A stretch of DNA of 64,000 nucleotides from Podospora anserina (lineage: Eukaryota), in NCBI GenBank assembly GCA_017654855.1, contig CM030335.1, forward strand, positions 2,170,001 to 2,234,000, in the 5' to 3' direction. Of the stretch, positions 26,523 to 40,962 are shown piece by piece. Under the pieces are notes generated by a model that worked only from the letters and a program-made list of their open reading frames with translations, ran no database searches and was not told where the DNA came from. Every line of letters starts with the position of its first letter. The stretch's first letter is position 1. The translations under genes and the position numbers were made by a program.

Positions 26523-28731
26523 TTAAACCGCCAATTGGTTATGATTCCGGTAATAACATGGTAAAAACTAGAATCCCGTTAGCAATGCCTTCTTCCATAG
26601 TAATCGTCGAAAAAAAAAAAAAAAACCTCACGTTAATAACAAACAACATCGGCATATCAAACATATCCCTCTTAATCGTCCAAGTATAACTGCACTCCAG
26701 CTTCCCATCCCTCTCCAGCTTCGAAATCCCATGCTCCCCATCAATTTTCGCCACCCTGTTGCTCAAAATACTATGCCTCGAGTCCTTTTCCTGCTGCCGC
26801 GGCGCGGCGCTCGGATCCGGCTTCCTCTCCTCCTCCCCCGCACCACCACCGCCACCCGCAGCCGGCTTATCAGTCCGGTACTTGAGCAACCTGCACTTCC
26901 TCGTCATCCTCCCTCTGCTGTCCCCAAACGCAAGTTGCGAGTAATCCTCGTAAAACTCCACCGCGCTCTCGTGGTCCATCAGCTCAGCAAGAAACACCGG
27001 TCTCGGACCGCTCGCGGCGCCGCCGTTCTCTGCGCTGCTCTCGTTGAGGCTCTTGAGCCGCGGGGTGGTCCGCACCCCTGTCCCGCCGAGGTTGGTGTTG
27101 CGGTTTGGTTCCTTCCCCAGCAGGACGTCCTTGGTCCACCCTGTCAGGGCAGTGAACTCCTTGTTCACGCCCGCGATCTCGCCCGTGCGCCGACAGGCAA
27201 GGGTGGGACTTGAAGACTGCGTCATGAAGTCTTCGTACTCGAATAGCGTTCGTTGGAAGCACTGCTCCATAAAGATGAGGTCTTGCGTCGTCAAGTTTCG
27301 TGTGGACGCGAGGAGGGCTGGTCGGATGGCAGCTAACGACTTGGCTATGCGAGCAGCATGAGGTTGGGAAAACCGACTGGACAAAACTTCAAAGAGTTTG
27401 TGGAAGCTGCCAACATAGTCAAACGACTTCTTGACCGTGTCATAAATGTACGACGGGTCGCGCTGGCGTTTTTGCAGAATGGCCACCTTGTCGAGCTTTC
27501 TCAGCTTTGACGGACGGCTGTTTGATGAGCTCTTGGCTCCGGGAGCGTTGGGGTATTGTGACATGGTCGGTGATGGTCGGTCGTCAAAGCCAAAGGTGGT
27601 AGGTTGTGGGCTGTTGTTCTCGGTGCTGGGACTCTGAAGACTAGTTGGGCCAGCTGGTATCGCGTAGGCATGAGGGAGACCATGTTGCAGGTTCCCTTGC
27701 GAGTAGATGCCGTTGGCGCCTGCATCCAGACCCAGAAACTCCGGCAGCATGCGGTTGTCGAAATGGCTCCCAAACAACCCGGCCCCAAAATGCACATCGC
27801 CTGGCTGTTGACCCATGCCAGACTCTTGCGGTGGGGTATCGGCAGCGCTTGATGACATGTGGCCCAGCATTCCAAACTCCATCGCTCCGTAGTGACTCCC
27901 AAAGTTCAGACCATCGATGTTGAAGTTGAAGATGTTGGGGTCGCTTGGGTCGAAGGGTAGCCCGAAGGGTGTCATTGGACTCGAAACTGGAGGCGCCACC
28001 ATTCCACTGATAGGAGGGTTGCTCGAGGTCTGCTGGAATGTTGGGGAGACAGGTGACTGTTGACTGTTGAACGGTAAACTCTCCGTCAGACCATGCGGGA
28101 TGCTCTGTGTCGATGAGTAGACAGGATACTGCGAAGCGTTTGAATGTGAGAAAAATGTCCTGACGGTAGATGCGTCCGTCGAGACGCTGTGGTGCCTCTG
28201 GCCGCCGTGTCGTGAACTTGGCGCGTTGGGGTTGTAGTTGGGGCCCAAAACTGGCCTCAAGGCTTCTGGTGGTGCGTCGTGGAGATATTTGGCCTTTTTC
28301 CTGACCCCATCTTGACAGCTATCTTGCAATCCGCGCTTTATACAGCGTTGACATGGTCTTTCATCACCTAAACGACAGCGTCAGCCGACGAACAACGCCG
28401 CCCTCTGCCCCCTCGGGTATTCAAGAGAAAAACAACTGCAAAGGCTGTGAAGGACGACAAAAGACTTACCACATGTGAGATGGGCTCTCTGGCAGGCATA
28501 GCAGGCTCTCCTGGCCTTTTTCCGCCGAGGACGTAATGGGTCTTTTGGATCATACTTCTTCTTGACCTCACCGCCGGCGTCGACGCCATCTGGAGTCGTG
28601 TTTTGTTCAGACATCCTGTCGTCTTCGTCTTTATGATGCGGTTCGTGGTCGTCGTACTCGTTCTCGGTCTCAGACATGGCACCCGAGGCTTCTGCTGCCT
28701 CTGATCCGAAAGGCCCACCGTCTTCCGGCAT
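26523..28731 (-). CDS. acuK: Zn(II)2Cys6 transcription activator of gluconeogenesis, AcuK/Ert1/AOD-5 type (introns 28368-28469, 26568-26631)
   Basis: [55 protein letters not shown]-like C-terminus [13 protein letters not shown]...[13 protein letters not shown]...[20 protein letters not shown]. Confidence 0.9.
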
Positions 28732-31700
28732 CGTGCCTCGAGCTTCTTATACTTGACCAGGTCTCTATCTGGACGGGACGGCAATGCAGGACCCCAATCT
28801 CTGCCAGACCGCAGCTCACGGCCAGGGAAAGGACGTACTCCGAGATGGGGGTCAGGGGGTCTGAAAGCCCTCCTGCAGGAGTCCCCACGGCAGTATCACC
28901 CACCCCAAAAGTGATTGGCGCTGCACGGCGCTCCTGTTGACAAAAGAAATGTCCGGCAAGTTGACGGGAGAGGAAGAGCAGCAGGTACTGCGTGAGTGTG
29001 GTATGGGCGTGGCGAACCCCAGCAAGCCGTCTAATTAAAGCGCGGTGAGCGGCAATGAGGCGGCAGCAGAGCAGGCTAGTTGGCTACTTGCGAGACCGGA
29101 TGTGGCATCAACAGACGCTCTCTCTCTCTCTCTCTCTCGTCTCGTTCCTGATTTCACACACTCTCTCCCCTCAGGCTCTCTACTTTTTGGCCCTGTGGCC
29201 TCCCGTAATATGGGATGCTGATCGTCCTTCCCAGATAGAAAAGGGGGCACCTGCGCCAGCTGACGAGGCCTGATACACAACAACCGCGGGCTGTCTCGTA
29301 TTCTACGAGCAGCAGTTTCTGGAGGGCTTCCTGCCAATGAGCTCGGGGCCGGCTGGCAGATGGCGTCCTTGTACCACGAAGGCAAGACTGGCCGGATCGA
29401 AGCGTCGGCGGTGGAGCAGGGCAGAGGAAAGCTTGGTGTTGATGGCGACAGAGGGGAAGGCTCTTGGTCCTGGTCACGCGGCAGCGGCAGCGGCAGCTAC
29501 AGGCGGAGGGGCGGATAAAGCACTCTGATGTCGTCTGGGGAAGCTTTCGAGCGCTGGGTCGTGCACGTTGCACCGCAGTGATAGGAAGGCATTCAGGTGC
29601 AGCTATCCGTCACTTATGCTTGTATGAGCCCTTGGCGCCGCCTCGCAGCAGCCTGGACCTGGTTATGATAGGTACTAGGTTCGAGGTACCGTACCGTACA
29701 GTATGGATTCAAAGCAGGGCAACTCGGTGCGGCGGATGCGGGACTCTCCAGTGACTCGGTCCTCGTTCGAAGCGAATCGATCTCCAGCTGTTTCTCTTTC
29801 ACTGACTGAGACTTGAGATTAACCCCCCTCTCGTTTCCTACTCGTCGTTTTTTTTTTGGGGGGGGGGCTCGGCCCAGGACCTTTCTTCCTTCTACTGCCA
29901 ACCTTTCGATTCCTGGCGCCTCCTCAGGAAAAAGAAAACAAAACGGTCTAGCCCGTGGCCCGCCGTGGCTAGGGCAGATCCTTTGGGTATTTGTCGCAAG
30001 ACGGAAAGCGCCGTTGTCGAGTCGCAATTCGCAATTCGCAAGGGCCGGGGTTTGGTGTTTCTTCTGGAACTGTCGGCGCAGGATGGGTGTAAGGTGTGTG
30101 GTTATGGCGGCCAAACTGGAAAAAAAAAGGGAGTCTGGTCAAGTATCAATTGCGCAAAAGGCTGGACAGTGGACGGTGAGGAGCCTCGGGGCTTGGAATC
30201 GAAGGCGCGATGCGGGCAAGTGGGGTGCAAATCAGTCACTTTCCAATCGCCCGTCCTTGCAGCCGTTCCCAGACAGGTGTACCCAGTCGAGTCCGGTATT
30301 TGCTGGCATGGCAGATGTTGGAGTTGACCGTGAAAAACTCGAGTTTGCTCTTGGCTCCCAGTGGCTGGCCGCGGCTGGCTTGCTGCGAGGGCGTATCGAT
30401 CACGTATCGCTGAATGGAAACCGGCCCTGTTTACCTAATGGACGGTATATCTGATGATGAATACTCGAAATAGGAACTGTTGCTTGTTGCTATGTGTAAA
30501 GTAGGAGTCACGGATGGCTCACAAGCTCGAATGGAAGGGAGATCCTTTGCTCTCTCAACTTTGCCGACCTTCGTCCCATCAGGCCTTGGCTGCGGGTACT
30601 CGGTACCTGGCAGACACTACGCCAGACTCCCATTGGACACTGCAGCCCCCGCCTCGACCAGGTACCAGGGACCTAAGACGATACCCGACGAGGTTTAGCT
30701 AATCGACCGCACAGCTTTAGCATGTGGTCCCTGCCAATTCTCAATTCTCCGCCCCTCTTACCTACCTACATACACCAAAAACCTCTCCACTGGCCCGCGC
30801 GGACCGCAGCCCGGGAACCGTGGATCATCTCCAGAGAGAAAGTAACAGTTACACCAAGCACCTAGGAGTAATAATTTACGAGCAACGACATCTGAACTGA
30901 ATAGGTACCATCATCGACATCAAGCACCACGCAGGGGCAACCTCCCACAAAGACCGGCAGCTACCTTGAGCTATCCCCAATCCAGATCATTAGAAAGCCA
31001 TTGCAAAGCACAGTTGGGAGACCGGTCAACAAGATATTGTCTCTAGCCCAATCTTGACAGCGGCTGGCGCGCATCGCGTCACCGGAGATGGCTTCATTGT
31101 TTTTTCTTCTTTTCTCTTTACCTGAGGGACTTCTTCATTTCTTCTTCGACACATGTCTGTCTCACTCTCTTCGCCGAAGATCAATGTCTCAGCTCTCTCC
31201 TGTTGTCTATCTCCTCTTCATCCACCCAATCCCACTCTCAGACACCAATCTTCAACTCTTCACACCGCCAAGCCAGGCAGGCAGGGCACTGCACGCGGAT
31301 ATTGACAAGCAACCTAACTGCGCACACAACAGCCTCAACCTCCTTCTTGTTACGGAGAGGAACAGCACACCAGCTTGATCACAGGAAACTTCAACACCTT
31401 TCAACGCCAGCCCGCCGCCGCCCACCTCATGGCCCCCTCATCCCGCCTGCCACGATGCCACCGGGTTGGCCAGCAATCAACAACGAGATGGCAATCTGTC
31501 AAAATCCATCCACTCTCCCCATGCAGAAAAGACCGCCAGAAAAGAAAAGTGCTGAGAGCACGCAAGCCAGCCTACATCTCGGCCATCTGCAGATCCCTTC
31601 ACACAACCCCTAGTAGCTGTTGTTGTTGTTGTTGTCATCAAGAGGCGGTATGGGCTGGTGCTGAAAACGTGAACGATGAACATCAAATCTTGATCACTAT

Positions 31701-34255
31701 CGATCGGCCCGTCCGGGGACGCACGTCTTTCACATCCGCCCTCCTCCATCACGACGATAGGATATTTCGATCTAACACCATATATCTTCAAGGCTGAACG
31801 TGCCGTCCCTATTCCGCTCTCTGGTCAGGCCTTTGCTGCCCAGCCAGGCGCGTGTGATGGCCGTTGATCAGCCCATATCTGCCTCATGGCCGGCCATGTT
31901 GGGACAATTCTCCGTGGATCTATTAAGCGTTATCCAACAAATCCCACATGGGATGGCTGGCTGAGGATAGGACCTGAAGTTTGTGACTTGGCACCAACGA
32001 GCAGAAGAAGCAAAGAAAAAGCCGGTACTGGTGCCCGCCTCCATTGCCCTACGTAAATTGACATGGTCACATTTGCAGCATATTACAACCTGCACGTAAA
32101 CAGGCAAAGCGTCCGAATCGGATGAAAGTGTCCGTTATTCTATTACATACTGTCCACTTTCTCCGCGGCTTCATCCATCACTGCTACCCACCTACCATTC
32201 GCGGACCGAAACGATAGATGTGGTTAGACGCACCTTTAGATCGATCTGCCCACGCCCCTGGTCCTCCCCCTATCTGCCCGGCTTCCGGGTATCGTCACCT
32301 CACATTATCACATCGTCGGCAAAGGGCAAGGCAGGCGACCACAGCCAGCAACAGCCAGCCAGCCAGCCAGCCAGCCCCTCAGGGGTACCGTATGCACAAA
32401 CATGCAGAGCACATCGTGAAGAGCAGTGTGTTGGGCATCAAATGCTACGCTAGATCAGATCAGATCTACACACATCAGCTTGGAACGAAACTGCACAGCA
32501 GATGTAGACAGTGTGTTTGGTTTACTTTTTTTTCTTCTTCAGCTGCTGTTCCGGGAGCTGCTCGCGAGTGGACCCTACGTGTCTACTGCACGTTCATCCA
32601 AGCCCACACAGCCTTTACATCATCGCTAGTCCATGACGCCTCGGATAGATTACCTTGCACAGGACAAAGGCCCATGTCAGCAAGGTGTATACACTTCATG
32701 TGCTTGACATGCTGAAACCTCATCATTGGCCCACCTCCACACCATCCCACGTAATCCAAACAGCCAACGTGACCGCCAACACTATAACGCTGTCAGCACT
32801 TTAACTCCCACGACATGTTGTGGGCTGCCCGCCCTCTCCCCACAGCCATCCCTGGTGATGGGCTCAAACGATCACAAAAATCCCCTAACCAGATCTTGAT
32901 CACCCACCCACACCAACATCCAGCAAACCATGTGCAGCGGGTAAAGACCCTCGACCAATACCGTCCCAGAAACTCGGTATCACGGGGAGGCGGCGGCACC
33001 TGCTTCCCTCCATGACGGGCACCCACCCACACCACGAAACACACACCTGCCTACGGTTTACATGTACGGTTCAAGCGTGTGTTTCCCCAACTTTCACCGC
33101 CTTCAAACTCGTCATCTTGACCAGCAGCTCACGCACCCATCCGTATCGATCCAGGTACCAATAGAGAGAACCTGCGTGTACTCTTATTGCTTACCCACCA
33201 TTTCTCCCAGCACACATGTATATTCTCACCAACAAACACCATGGTCAATACCTTGCTCTTTTCTTGCACTTGACCACCGCCGCCCCATCGGCCATATACT
33301 TACCTCCTTGCCACCACCAGCCTCTGATCACCCGTCCCTCCCACTTCCCCACCCTCCCTTCCCATCTCCCCACAATCTATCTCACACCGTCCTTGGTGCT
33401 CTCGATCACGAGTTGAAGATTAGTTGGCAACATACATACCCTAGGTGTGACAAGAACAATAAGCCATGTTTGAGGTTTTCTCTCTCCCTCTTACTCTTTT
33501 GCCCCTTGGTTGATGTCACTCACCACCTACCTACCCAACTTGTCACTCCCCCAGATCAACATGCGGGCCACATACCTCCCTCCCCTTCTTCGCAGTTCAA
33601 GTAGGTAAGGTCCCCGGACACAGCATCCACCAAGGCCCAGAGCTCAGCCCGCACGATCGTCATAGTCAGACCACTCCAGCTTCTCACGTCGTCCACAAAG
33701 CAACCCAGGCCAGACCCATGTCCTCAAACCAACCTGTCTTTCGTGAATATCCACTGCCTGATTCCGACTCGATCAAGTCCCCCATCGGCAATCCCGCATC
33801 TCACTAGTCGCCTCTGCCGATCCAACCTCTTCCCGTCCCTATCCCTCCCCTTGCCCGGCCCGGTTCAAGTCTCTCCCATATCAAGAACCAATTCGTCCCC
33901 AAAGCAACACCCCACTCAAAACTTGGCCAAGACAAAATCAATCACAAACCACCAACAACAAGCTTTTCTCTTCGCGGGGAAAATAAATCTCTTAGCTCTC
34001 AACTAGTGCCAGTGAAATGTCTCAGAAACGGGCGGGAGCTCCCATCAACCACCTTCTTTTTTCGTCTGGGCAACAAGCCAGCCAGCCAGCCAGGACTTTT
34101 CCAACCCCCACAGCGACCAAAACATCACTCGTCCAATCCATCTCTCAATAAAAGGTCGCTCATCTAATATCTGCCATTAAACCACAATGTCTACATCATC
34201 CATTAAACACAGGCAATAGTCTATATTCCATCCCCCCTTTTAACCCCCCAAACCC

Positions 34256-36158
34256 CTACGTAGCACTAGCAAACCGACTCCTCTCCCTAATCCTTCTCCC
34301 ATACCTAAAAAATATATACGGAAAAGGCATCAATCCCAAAGTAATAAAGGCCAACAACCCCGTCGCCCACTGGAACCCCAGCGCCTCATACATCTGGTAC
34401 CCAAACAACGGAAAGGCGGCTATTTCCCCCCACCAGTGTCGTTAGCAATCGTCCAGTCATTCCCAGGCCATCAAGGTACATGGAACAACGCCCCAAAACA
34501 TGGTAGTTTATCTGATCCTCCCTCGTAACCCAACCCAGCAAGTAACAAAAAAAAATCAAAAAACCAAGACAATCGCCTGACCAGACAGCAGAGGACAACA
34601 GCTCTCTCCCCTGCCATCGATAGATAGAGATATCATCCCGGCCGGTCCTCAAATGTCGTGGCACCAACCAAATAAATAAAAAAACCCCCATCCAAGGCGA
34701 ATGAACGATATGAAAGAAGAGAAAGAAAGAAAGAAAGAAAGAATTTGCTTACCAGCAAATGAACACCGCACCAAAGCATTAGACGCCAAAGCGCTGGCTG
34801 CGTACCGCGGGTAGGCTGCGACCTATGTAACAAAACCAAACGCCACCGTCTCGTATCAGCATACCTATTTCTTTCACTCTCTTCTTTTTCGCATTTTGTC
34901 CAATACATTTTCTCCAAACCAGGGTAAGAGGGGAGGGGGGGTGGGGGTTGAAAGAGGGGGAGTGCAGCTAACAGGGCCCTGCTTTTTGGTGCAGCCTCAA
35001 AAAATCACCACCACCTAGCTGCCTATACTCCGGGCTGAGCTCCGTCGTCAGGGCAGGCAGGCAGGCAAACGTCAATAACACTTACAACTCTCCCCTCTTG
35101 GTTGAACTTGCCTAAAAGTTTGGGGAAGAACAAGCGGTGGGTGCCATGAAATGGAAAGAAGATCAAGACTCACCAGAAAGGTAAATACCCCCGTAAAAGC
35201 GAACGACATCCTACGACGAAAAAAGCCCGGTTAGCCGCATGAACTCCTTGCATGCCAAAAAACACAACCAACACATAACAATCCCCCCTTTCTTCCAAAT
35301 CCAACTGCCATCAGGAAACCCCATCTTGACAAAGCCATGACTAAACCTCAAGCCCAAAGCCAGGCTTGCGTAAGGGCGTACAGAACCGAGAGACCTGCGG
35401 CCCTTTCTTTCCCCTTCCTGGGGGCCTTGCTTCCTGCGAAGACGCGTCTCTCGCCTCCTCCATGTCTCTGCCTTCTTTTTTCTCCGCCCGTGGGGTTGAA
35501 AAAGAAGAACAGAATGCAGAGAGACCGCCCCCCAAGCCGCCTCAAGCAGATCCCAACCTCTCCCTCTCCATGAAAGCAAAATGATGATGGGATGAAAACA
35601 CTTACCCAAGTCCAAAAACCCCCGACCCAATCAACGGCACAATCCAATGAATCTCGGGCGTGCTCGTAAACCCAAACCAAAACAACCCCCCCGTAATGAG
35701 CGGCGCGCCCACAATAACCTGCGGCAGTTGATCCTCGGGCTCATCCTTCAGCACCCCCGTCCTCCTCCTCCTCCTCTCCTTCAACGTATACCGAAAGTTG
35801 TTCCACAGCGGCGTGACGCAGCAGGCAATAATCATGGCCACCAACAACCCCGTAAACGTCAACCCAACCTGCCACAGGTTGAAGTCATGATTCGTCGTAA
35901 AGATCAGTGGAAACGCTCCAAAGAAGAGATACAGCAGGCCCAAGAGCATGGCAGTGTAAATATTCAGGATCAAAGCCATGGGCTCAAACATCAGGATCTG
36001 GAACGGTCGCAACAGCGAAAGACCAACAGTCTTTGGAATCGACTTTGTCGACCGCTCAATCGGCGCATAATACCTCTCGTCACCCGTCTCCTTTCTGATT
36101 CTCGCTGCCTTTCTCTTCAACAGAACGGGATCTAAGTCATATGCAATCTTGTGTCAGC

Positions 36159-36204
<46 letters not shown>

Positions 36205-37304
36205 GGGTTGAGGCCAAAAAGGGGGTTGAGGCCAAAAGGGGGGGGGACCGGAGTTAAAAAAAAAAAAACCATACGGTACGTCTCCGGCACAAGCAACGCA
36301 ATGCTCAAAAACAAGGCCCCGCTCAAAATAAGCAGATAATAATGCATCCACCTCCACTGAACAAACATCACCATCACACCCCCAATCAGCGGCCCAGTCG
36401 ACGGTCCAACAAATGGTGAGAGTGAGAAAATCGCCATGGGCATGAGCATCTTGTCGTGGGTGAACATGTCGCTAACCGTACCCCCAGACACAGACAAGAA
36501 CGCACTCCCAGCCAAACCCTGGAAGAATCTCGAGACGATCATGGTCTGGATATTCTTCGCCAGCGCCGAAGGAATCAGAAAGATCATGAAGAACAAAAAC
36601 GACGCGAGGTAGATGGGTCGTCGGCCATAAAACTCGGCCAGCGGCGACCAAAACGGACCGAGAGCAATCCCCAGGACATAAAACGACAACCCAAGCGTGA
36701 CAACAATCCGGCTGCTGTTGAACTCGGACATCATGTCCGCATAAGAAGCGGTGTAAACGGCCGAACCATTCGTTCTAAATCCCAATCGTCAGCCATCCAC
36801 CCAAAACTTGCCCCAGGAGAGCAAAACGCACACACAAAACGATCCCACCGAGGTGATAAAAATCACCAACCACTTCCTCCACTGCGGCATACTCCTCGGA
36901 CACATCGGGTCGTTATCCCCCCCATCCCACGTAACCTCGTACGGATCAGTCAACGCGTCCGGGGCATCAACCTGAGAAGAAACAGCCTCAATGTCACCAC
37001 CACCACCACCACCACCACCACCAGCAACACCATCTTCCTCCGATGAGCGGTCTACCAAATCATCAACCCCATACCCGTTATTCGACCTCACCCGGTGAAG
37101 CGACAATCTGTTCTGGCTGGCGTGACTTTTCCGACTGATTCGGGATGCCGGACGGATGGGTTCTAGCGTTGGGCCTTTGATTGAAGAGGACGACGAGTCC
37201 CGCGATGATGACCTGTCTTCATCGTCTGTCCTCTCATGTCCGGCAGTCTTTTCGTCTGTTATTGTTGTCGTTGTCGTTGTTGTTGTTGTTGTTGCTGTCG
37301 CCAT
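34256..37304 (-). CDS. MFS transporter (DHA1 family), putative GlcNAc-cluster transporter; exons 37304-36832, 36774-36275, 36131-35606, 35210-35174, 34822-34753, 34419-34256
   Basis: DHA1 motifs WDGGDNDPMCPRSM, PLAEFYGRRPIY, GGTVSDMF, PETYHPVLL, RPFQILMFEP, AYPRYAASALASN and PFPYIFFRYGRRIRERSRFA. All introns are GT-AG with branch sites. Adjacent to dac1. Substrate is inferred from context only. Confidence 0.85.
36159..36201 (+). repeat. Poly(A) homopolymer of ~42 nt (poly-U in MFS intron 2), followed by a duplicated GGGGGTTGAGGCCAAAA
   Basis: Read directly from the sequence. Confidence 0.9.
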
Positions 37305-38773
37305 TGTTGAATTCCTCTCCTCCCGGCAATAATTCCGCGACTGTGAGATATTGAAAAGGTGTAAAGGTGTGATGTTGAATCACCGTCGTTACAGTCAGTC
37401 ACTCGTCAGGGATCACTACCCTTTACTAGTCGACCTCGGCAGTCGTCACCGCTGCTCGACGATGGAACCCTTTCGTCTGATGATGACAAACAAAACAACA
37501 ACAGCAAACAGCCAAGACCACTCAGTAATAAAAGTTTTTTTTTTGAAAAAAAAACTAAAAAAAATGAAATGATGCAACAGAGAGTTGTTTTGGCCTGCGC
37601 GGGGAGGGACCCAGCTTCATCTTAACCCTTCTTGGGACGAACTAGGACCCTTCGAGCAGTCACGATGGATATGATTAAATCGCCTTGCCCCCTCCACTTC
37701 CCCAGCAAACACACACAAGCAGATGCCGAATACCGGCATTGGGGGCATCCCATCCCTCCCGTCAGTCATCAACCTGTCTTGCAAAAATTTGTGTATGAAG
37801 TATCGTTTTTCCTTCCCTTTTGCTCAGGTTCCCAATAGTCATAATCCCCATCCCCACCACATCTGTCAGCACCCACCCTCCCCCACTCCCATCATCCCCC
37901 GAAACCTCCATCCCCAGTACCACAAACCCAAACAAAGAAAACCCTCCCTCATGGGAATAAATGATCATGGACATCATGGAAAAACACTCTCCCCCCCAGT
38001 AAAAAACTGCCGTCATCGACACCACCCCAGCCCAACAACCAACCAAACCAGCCCCCCCCCCCGGCCCCTAAAAGCGGAGCAAAAAGCGGAGGGTCACCCC
38101 GACCACCACCCGGCAGAGCTCTTCCTTTCCTTCCTTCGGCCCTGCCATGCCATGACCGCTACCCTTTGTCACAAGCCCAATGACAATGGGCACGGCACAC
38201 ACACCCCTTCGCGCTTTCGGCTCGTCGCCCCCGGGGTTAGGAAATGATAGCATAAGCCCAGGTAGTTTAGGTGCTTATTTCCGTCAAAGAACCATTTTCA
38301 CCCAAAGCCGGTGAAACCACACCTTCCCGGAGGAGTGTCGTCGGTCAAATGCCGAAAATCCCCCTAGCCACGCGACAGGACAAGAGAAAAATAAAATGTT
38401 TCAGATCTCACCTTTGCAGATCTTACCGCCCGGCATTTAAAACCTGACATGGGTCCGTCCGTCCCTCCGTTCGTGCATCGGCCGCCGTCAGCTCCCGGCC
38501 GGCCGGAGGGGCAGGGCAGGATATGTCGGCTCCGGTGAAACACGGTGCTTACCGGCCTTTTCGGCGCTCCTTTTGAGTAAACTGACCATGTCGCGAAAGA
38601 GAACAAGAAAAGGGGTTTGCAATATCCCGCATAGCCTTAGAAACAGTCTGTATGGGATTCCAGGCCTCTTTAAATGTTCTCAAGGCCTATCGAGTGTCCT
38701 CCAAAGCCCAGTAATTTACTCTTCAAAACCCATCAATCTATCCTACAATGCCCATCAACCAAAACCCCCATCC

Positions 38774-40220
38774 CTAAAGCCGCCAGACACCACCCCAATT
38801 CTCCCCCTCAAAAACCATCCTCCCCTGCTTCCACACCTCCCTCAACTTCAACACCATCCCCCCACCCCCCTCCCCTGTAACCCTCTCCAAAACAACAATA
38901 TCCCCATCCGTCCCATCCTCCAAAGTCCCAATGCTCCCCTCCAAACCCAACAACCTCGCCGGCCGCTCCGTCACCGCCATCAACGCCGAAACAATATGCT
39001 CGTTCTCCCCCTCATCCCCTTCCAAACCAACACTCGTCGTATCAATATACCCCAAAAAATTATTCACACACTCCAACAACGTCACCGCACTCCCCGCCAA
39101 CACCATCCTCTCTCTCTTTTCCTCATCCATCTTCGGAGCCATCACCCTCCCCCTAGACTTGACAACACTCGACTTCTCGGTCCCATTCCGCCACGGATAC
39201 GTCCCGTCCCCCAACCCCAGCACATGCATCGCATCCGTCACCAAGATCAGCCCCTCCGGATGCACCGAGTGTGCCAGCATAACCGCTGACTTGTGGTTGT
39301 GAACCCCATCAGCAATAATGCCATAACTGGGAGCTTCTTCATTCCCCGCCGGGATAATGATGTTGGCGATACTAAGCTCCGACTCGCGGTGACCAAAAGG
39401 GGGCATGGCATTGAAGAAGTGTGTCACCATTCTCGCGCCAGCAGCGAGTGCCTCACGGGCTTTCTCGTACGAGGCTGCCGTGTGTCCCAACGAGACGACG
39501 ATGCCGTCGCCGGTGAGTGTCGAGATGATTTCCGGTCCTTCCTGGAGGAGGACTTCAGGGGCTAGGGTAACCATCTTGACAGAGTGGGGAGGGGCTCGGG
39601 AGAGGTTATAGACCGTGTCGAGGTCTTGGTAGGATTGGGCGGTGCGGAGGACGGAGCGGTCGTGGACGCCGCATTTGCATGGGTTTAGAAAGGGGCCTTC
39701 GAGGTGGGCTCCTAGGACTGAGGCGCCGCGGTCTGGGGATGGTCGGGGTGTGGGGGTGAGGAATGGGATAGCCTAGGCTTGTCAGACGGAGTGAGATTGG
39801 TAACGAGGGGGATCGTAAATGGTTTCGCACCTTATGATAGGCCTCGCTGTGCTGGCTCGTGAGGGTGGGCAGGTAAGATGTCACTCCTGTCTGGACAAGC
39901 CATTTGTTGACTTTGGTAAGTTGCTTAGGATAGTCGGAGATGTCGTCGGGGATGGTTGAGAAGTTGAATCCAATAGCGCCGTTTATTTGGCAGTCGATGA
40001 AGCCTGGGGCTATGATGCATCCTTGGAGGTCACGGACAGCATCCGGGGTTCGTTTGGAAGAGCCAATGGTGCCATTCTTGGTGTTTATCCAGAGATCTCC
40101 CTTGACGAGCTTGCCGTCTCGGAGTAGGCGGCAGTTGACGAACTGGATGACCTCAGGCTCTCCATGATCCTGCGCTCTCGAGGATGGAGTACTCGAGGAC
40201 GACGGGCGCAGGGCTGACAT
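38774..40220 (-). CDS. dac1: N-acetylglucosamine-6-phosphate deacetylase (intron 39773-39830)
   Basis: PGFIDCQINGA, TGVTSYLPT, GAHLEGPF, VTLAPE, SLGHT, THFFNAM, IIADGVH, LVTDAM and LAGS. Confidence 0.95.
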
Positions 40221-40962
40221 GTTGATATTCGTGCTGGCGGCTGATTCTAGGACATAGGTTGGCTACCTTAGAAGATACTGCTCGGGAAGAGGACTTGGAA
40301 AGGTTGAAATGCGGTTTGCGGCGGCTATCCACGAGCCATAAACCTCCATCATGAACATCGTGCTTGCCAAATAGACTTCATCAGTCATTCTAAGAAGGCA
40401 CATCTGGCGGCTTCGGGCGGAGGTAAGCAAGCCAAACCCGTGGCTATCCACGGCGATGTCATTGGAGCCCCGGTTATCGGTGCCGTCGCTGTCATGATGA
40501 TAGTGAACAGCGAGTGTGTGGTTTCATGATGTCTCAGGTCATGTTGCACCGTCAAAGATGGCTACTATCATTCACGATCGAGTAAACGTAGGTGGACTTT
40601 CAAATGTTCAAAAGTTCCTGGGAGGGAGCAGATGTAACGTTCCTGCTTGGGGCTAACCAAAGCTTGAACGGTTGCCTGCCTGTTTCGGCTAGCGGACCGT
40701 TAAATGGCCCCTTTCCAGACGTCTTCCTCCATGTGATTGGCCCGAGCAACAGTGACAGCGTCAACAGCAGTGCTTCTTCTGCCGGCCGGAAGGAGCCTGT
40801 ATGGTGGTGCTGAGGTTTGTAGGTTACACGTCCCGTCCGGCTGCTCGCTCCCCAGGCCAGCCAACCATCCCTCAACATGTCGCCTTCCATAACGTGACAA
40901 TTCTCCCCGCCGTATCCCGTATCCCGTTCCCCAAGAGCCCACTGGCATCCGGCACCGGCAAC

